From the NCBI GenBank assembly GCA_963697275.1, contig CAVONF010000006.1:20802-84801 (forward strand): a DNA stretch of 64,000 bases, in the 5' to 3' direction. The position numbers were made by a program, and so were the translations under genes. How positions within the stretch are numbered: the first letter of the stretch is position 1; every line of letters starts with the position of its first letter. Source of the DNA: an uncultured Chloroflexia bacterium (GTDB lineage: Bacteria > Chloroflexota > Limnocylindria > Limnocylindrales > CSP1-4). Shown here in pieces: positions 61,223 through 64,000 of this stretch. The notes under the pieces were generated by a model that had not been told where the DNA came from, searched no databases, and was given only the letters and a program-made list of their open reading frames with translations.

Positions 61223-62445
61223 GCCGGCACCTCGAAGAGTCGGTCATAGCGGGTGAGGTCGACGACCGGGGCCTCGGGCTCACCCTCGGCGAGCCGGTCT
61301 CGGGCCTCGCGCGCGAGGCGGATGGCGCGACCGTGCGCCGGATCGAGCACGACGTCCGCGGGCACGAAGCTGCGCCGGTGCTCGGCGATGGGCGCGCCCT
61401 CGCAGGTCAGGTGCACGCGCTCGGGTGTGACCCTGATGCCGATGCGTCGGCCGACGAAGGCCGGGGGCACCGAGTAGTCGGCGGAAAGGACGCGCACGAA
61501 GGCGTCCTTGCCGGCCCGGGCCTCGAGGTGCAGGTCGGTGTCGGGCACCGGCTCGGGCAACCGATGGAGGAAGCCGCGCTCGACGAGGAAACGGTCACGG
61601 ACCCGGGCCCCGGTCCGCCGGAGCGTGCGGGCGAAGGCCACCTCGGCGGCCCAGGCGTCGTGCTGGGCCTGCAGGTCGGTCAGCGAGGCGAACGAGCGCA
61701 GCGGCAGGAAGCTCGTCTCGAGATAGCCGATGGTGCGCTCGACCTGGCCCTTCGACGTCGGTCGTCGTGGCGCGAGGGGCACCGCCGTCGTGTGCAAGGC
61801 CCCGAGCAGCGCCGTCACCTCGGGGTGAAGCCGGGCCCGCTTGCCGGCTCCTTCGGCCACGATGCTCGCGTCGTTGTCGTGCACCAGCTTCTCCGGTACG
61901 CCGCCCAGTCGTCCCAGGCAGGCCACGAGGGCGACCCGGAGGTCGGCCACCGTGCGCCCGAGGGTGAAGACCGTCGCGTGGGCGCCCGAGTGGGGCAGCG
62001 TGAGCACGAGGCCGAAGGCCTCTCGCTCGACGCCAGTGCCGACCGGCACCATGACGCCGGTGTGCCACCAGTCGAGCTGGCCGATCTCGCCGGGCAGGTA
62101 GCTCGTGCGCTGGAAGGCACGGGCGGCGAGGAAGCCCGGGCGGACCCGGGCGAGGTGCGCCTTCAGGATGCTGATGCCACCGCCGTAGCCCGAGCGGCGC
62201 AGATGGTCGAGGATGACCGTGGCGGGGGCTTCCGCGTCCTCGTCGAGCATGGCTGCGATCTCGTCAGCGAAGGGGTCGACGAGCGAGCCCTTCAGGCCTC
62301 GCACGTACCTCGGTGGCTCGCCCAGCCCGAGCAACCGGATGACGGTCGTGCGGCTCATGCCGAGCCGTCGGGCGATGGCGCGCTTGGTCAGGCCCTCGCG
62401 ATGGAACAGTCGCTGGACCTCGGCCCAGTCCTCCACTCGATACAC
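61219..62445 (-). CDS. istA: IS21 transposase IstA
   Basis: Intact 408 aa. N-terminal HTH EGLTKRAIARRLGMSRTTVIRLL. The DDE region contains GEIGQLDWWH...LVHDNDASIV...KGQVERTIGYLE. The 3' end overlaps istB. Confidence 0.92.
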   Translation of the reverse strand: MYRVEDWAEVQRLFHREGLTKRAIARRLGMSRTTVIRLLGLGEPPRYVRGLKGSLVDPFADEIAAMLDEDAEAPATVILDHLRRSGYGGGISILKAHLARVRPGFLAARAFQRTSYLPGEIGQLDWWHTGVMVPVGTGVEREAFGLVLTLPHSGAHATVFTLGRTVADLRVALVACLGRLGGVPEKLVHDNDASIVAEGAGKRARLHPEVTALLGALHTTAVPLAPRRPTSKGQVERTIGYLETSFLPLRSFASLTDLQAQHDAWAAEVAFARTLRRTGARVRDRFLVERGFLHRLPEPVPDTDLHLEARAGKDAFVRVLSADYSVPPAFVGRRIGIRVTPERVHLTCEGAPIAEHRRSFVPADVVLDPAHGRAIRLAREARDRLAEGEPEAPVVDLTRYDRLFEVPA

Positions 62446-62704
62446 TCCTCTCTCCCTCGGTGCCGGCGTCGTCTTGTCGGCCCGAGGGTGCCTGCGAAAC
62501 CCGGTGGGGTGTCCAGGTTTCGGCCGGCGGGGAGTGTTCAGTCTTCACCCGGCGTCGACAGCCCACAGGCCTGCCCCCATTGGGGCCCAACGGGGGCATC
62601 GCCCACGTGTATCCTCTCAACGTCCCATCGCGTTTGCGCGTGCTCGTCGGACGTACGAGCCCGCGCTGGACCAGTCGTCGTCACCTCATCGGGGGAGGTT
62701 CTCT

Positions 62705-64000
62705 GTGCGCTCACCGAGCCTGTCGCGCCACCGGTCGCTGCTGGTGCTGCTCACCGTCTTTCAGGTCCTCGTCCTGACCTCGACGCTGGCCTTCGCGCCA
62801 GCCTCCGTGGCAGCCCAGGAGGAGCCCGATCCGTCAGCCCCCGTTGCCGAGACGCAAGTCGCTTCAGACTCGGAAGCCGCCGCCGACACCCAGGCGTCCC
62901 CTGAGGACACCCAGGCGCCCGCCGGCCAACCCGCCGCCGAACCCCAAGCCGCTGTCGACGAGCCCGCGCCTGAGCCCGAGCCGAACACCGAGCCCGAGAA
63001 GCCCGAGCCCGAGCCCAAGGCCGAGCCGAGCAGAAGTCCGAAGCCGAACCCGAGCCCAAGACCGAACCCGAGCCCAAGGCCGAGAAGCAGGCCGAGCCCG
63101 AGCCGAAGGCGGAACCCAGGTCCGAGCCGGAGCAGCAGTCCGAACCGAAGGCCGAGAAGGAACCCGAGCCCAAGGCCGAGAAGCAGCCCGAGGCGAACTC
63201 CGAGCCCGGGCCGGAAGCCCGAGCCCAAGGCCGAGCCCGAGCCTGAGCAACAACCCGAGGCGAGATCGGAGCCCAAGCCGGAGCCTGAAGCCGAGCCTCA
63301 GAGGCAGCCCGAACCCGAGCCGAGCAGAGGACCGAGCCAAAGCCCCAACCCGAGCCGGAGCAGGAACCCGAGCCCAGGTCCGAACCCAAGGCTGAGCCGA
63401 GGCTCTTCATCCATCCCGATGGCGCGGATCTCACCGTAGGCGACAGTGTCCAACTGGCAGCGTGGATCTGCGACACGGCCGAGGACGGTCCCTCGCGTGG
63501 ACCCGACCGGGAGCCCGGGACGAGCGATGACTCGTGCGCGCCCGCGCTCGGGCGTCACATGGTCTGTCAAGGAGGACGGGGTCGCCTCGTTCGACTCGAC
63601 CGAGGGCAACAAGGCTCGCCTCCTGGCCGATGCGCCCGACGGCTGGTACCAAGATCCTTGTCAGGCTGGATGAGCTCACCGCCAGGGCCGAGCTGGCGAT
63701 CAAGGCCGGCCCTCAGCCGCGGACCGAGGAGTCCAAGGCCAAGGAGACTCCTGCCGAGGAGCCCCAGCCTGAGAACGATGCCGCCGAGGCGCCCGCAGTC
63801 CTCGGTGATGAGGAGGCTCAGCCCGAGGCTCCGGACCCGGTTCGTGGCGATGCGACGTCCAGGGAGCGCACGAACCGGGTGCCGAAGCCCGAGGACTCCA
63901 CGTCCGACGAGCCTGCGGCAGTAGATCGTCCCCTTGACGAGACCGTCGGCGACGGCGATTCGGATGCGTCCGCCGAGGAATCCGCCGCGACCGAGTCCAC
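62705..64000 (+). CDS. paralogous secreted repetitive surface protein, 3'-truncated by the window, frame breaks
   Basis: - The GTG at 62705 follows GGGGGAGG. Signal RHRSLLVLLTVFQVLVLTSTLAFAPASVAAQEE.
- A Glu/Pro/Lys-rich spacer of EPKAEPEP-type repeats (about 62960-63400), with frame slips.
- Then LFIHPDGADLTVGDSVQLAAWICD...WSVKEDGVASFDSTEGNKARLLA, which matches the N-terminal Ig-like domain of the 51334 gene. Confidence 0.7.

Larger units (their letters stand above)
60397..62560 (-). mobile_element. IS21-family insertion sequence (istA + istB)
   Basis: - Ends: TGTCAACGCCGG...CGCCGGCCGAAACCTGGACAC (60397-60451), and the reverse complement of GTGTCCAGGTTTCGGCCGGCG...CCGGCGTCGACA (62510-62560).
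- The 21-nt inner block is identical and the outer 12 nt match 11/12.
- The length of 2164 bp fits IS21.
- Flanks ...CCCCA and GCCCA... suggest a 4-5 bp target duplication, but this is ambiguous. Confidence 0.88.

Overview
Very GC-rich bacterial chromosomal window, roughly two-thirds to 70% G+C by eye (not computed).

First ~40 kb: core housekeeping genes.
- purA-purB-purH
- a Crp/GAF pair
- metG-tatD
- a large zinc-ribbon adenylate cyclase-ATPase-TPR protein
- groES-groEL behind a promoter and a CIRCE operator
- tdk, pcrA, an ABC-2 exporter
- ligA-cupin-gatC-gatA ... aminotransferase-gatB

The ligA/gatCAB arrangement and the CIRCE site suggest an Actinomycetota-like organism. This is inference from synteny only.

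Last ~24 kb: accessory.
- a BMP/PnrA-type ABC uptake operon with two binding proteins
- a compact toxin-antitoxin islet: Phd-RelE/ParE and RHH-VapC arranged divergently, then an AbiEii-like nucleotidyltransferase with an overlapping small ORF
- an M14 carboxypeptidase
- a hyper-repetitive cell-surface protein gene of about 8.6 kb with five tandem-repeat families
- a 2.16-kb IS21-family element (istA/istB, inverted repeats mapped)
- the start of a paralogous surface protein

No rRNA, tRNA or CRISPR array was seen.

Two headline points.
1. More than 20 single-base frame breaks hit clearly essential genes (purB, purH, metG, ligA, gatA, gatC, pcrA and others). This argues for consensus indel errors rather than real pseudogenes, so all boundaries should be read with that in mind.
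2. The least explained signal is a ~200-nt element present twice (7037-7238 and 39485-39688). Its hairpins stay paired through compensatory substitutions, which makes it a candidate unannotated structured RNA or repeat family.

Other unexplained non-coding structure:
- a ~72-bp-periodic AT-rich palindromic array upstream of a BMP binding-protein gene (41181-41470)
- a repeat plus long-hairpin region in a convergent gap (28199-28431)
- a direct-repeat cluster next to the IS21 element (60056-60360)
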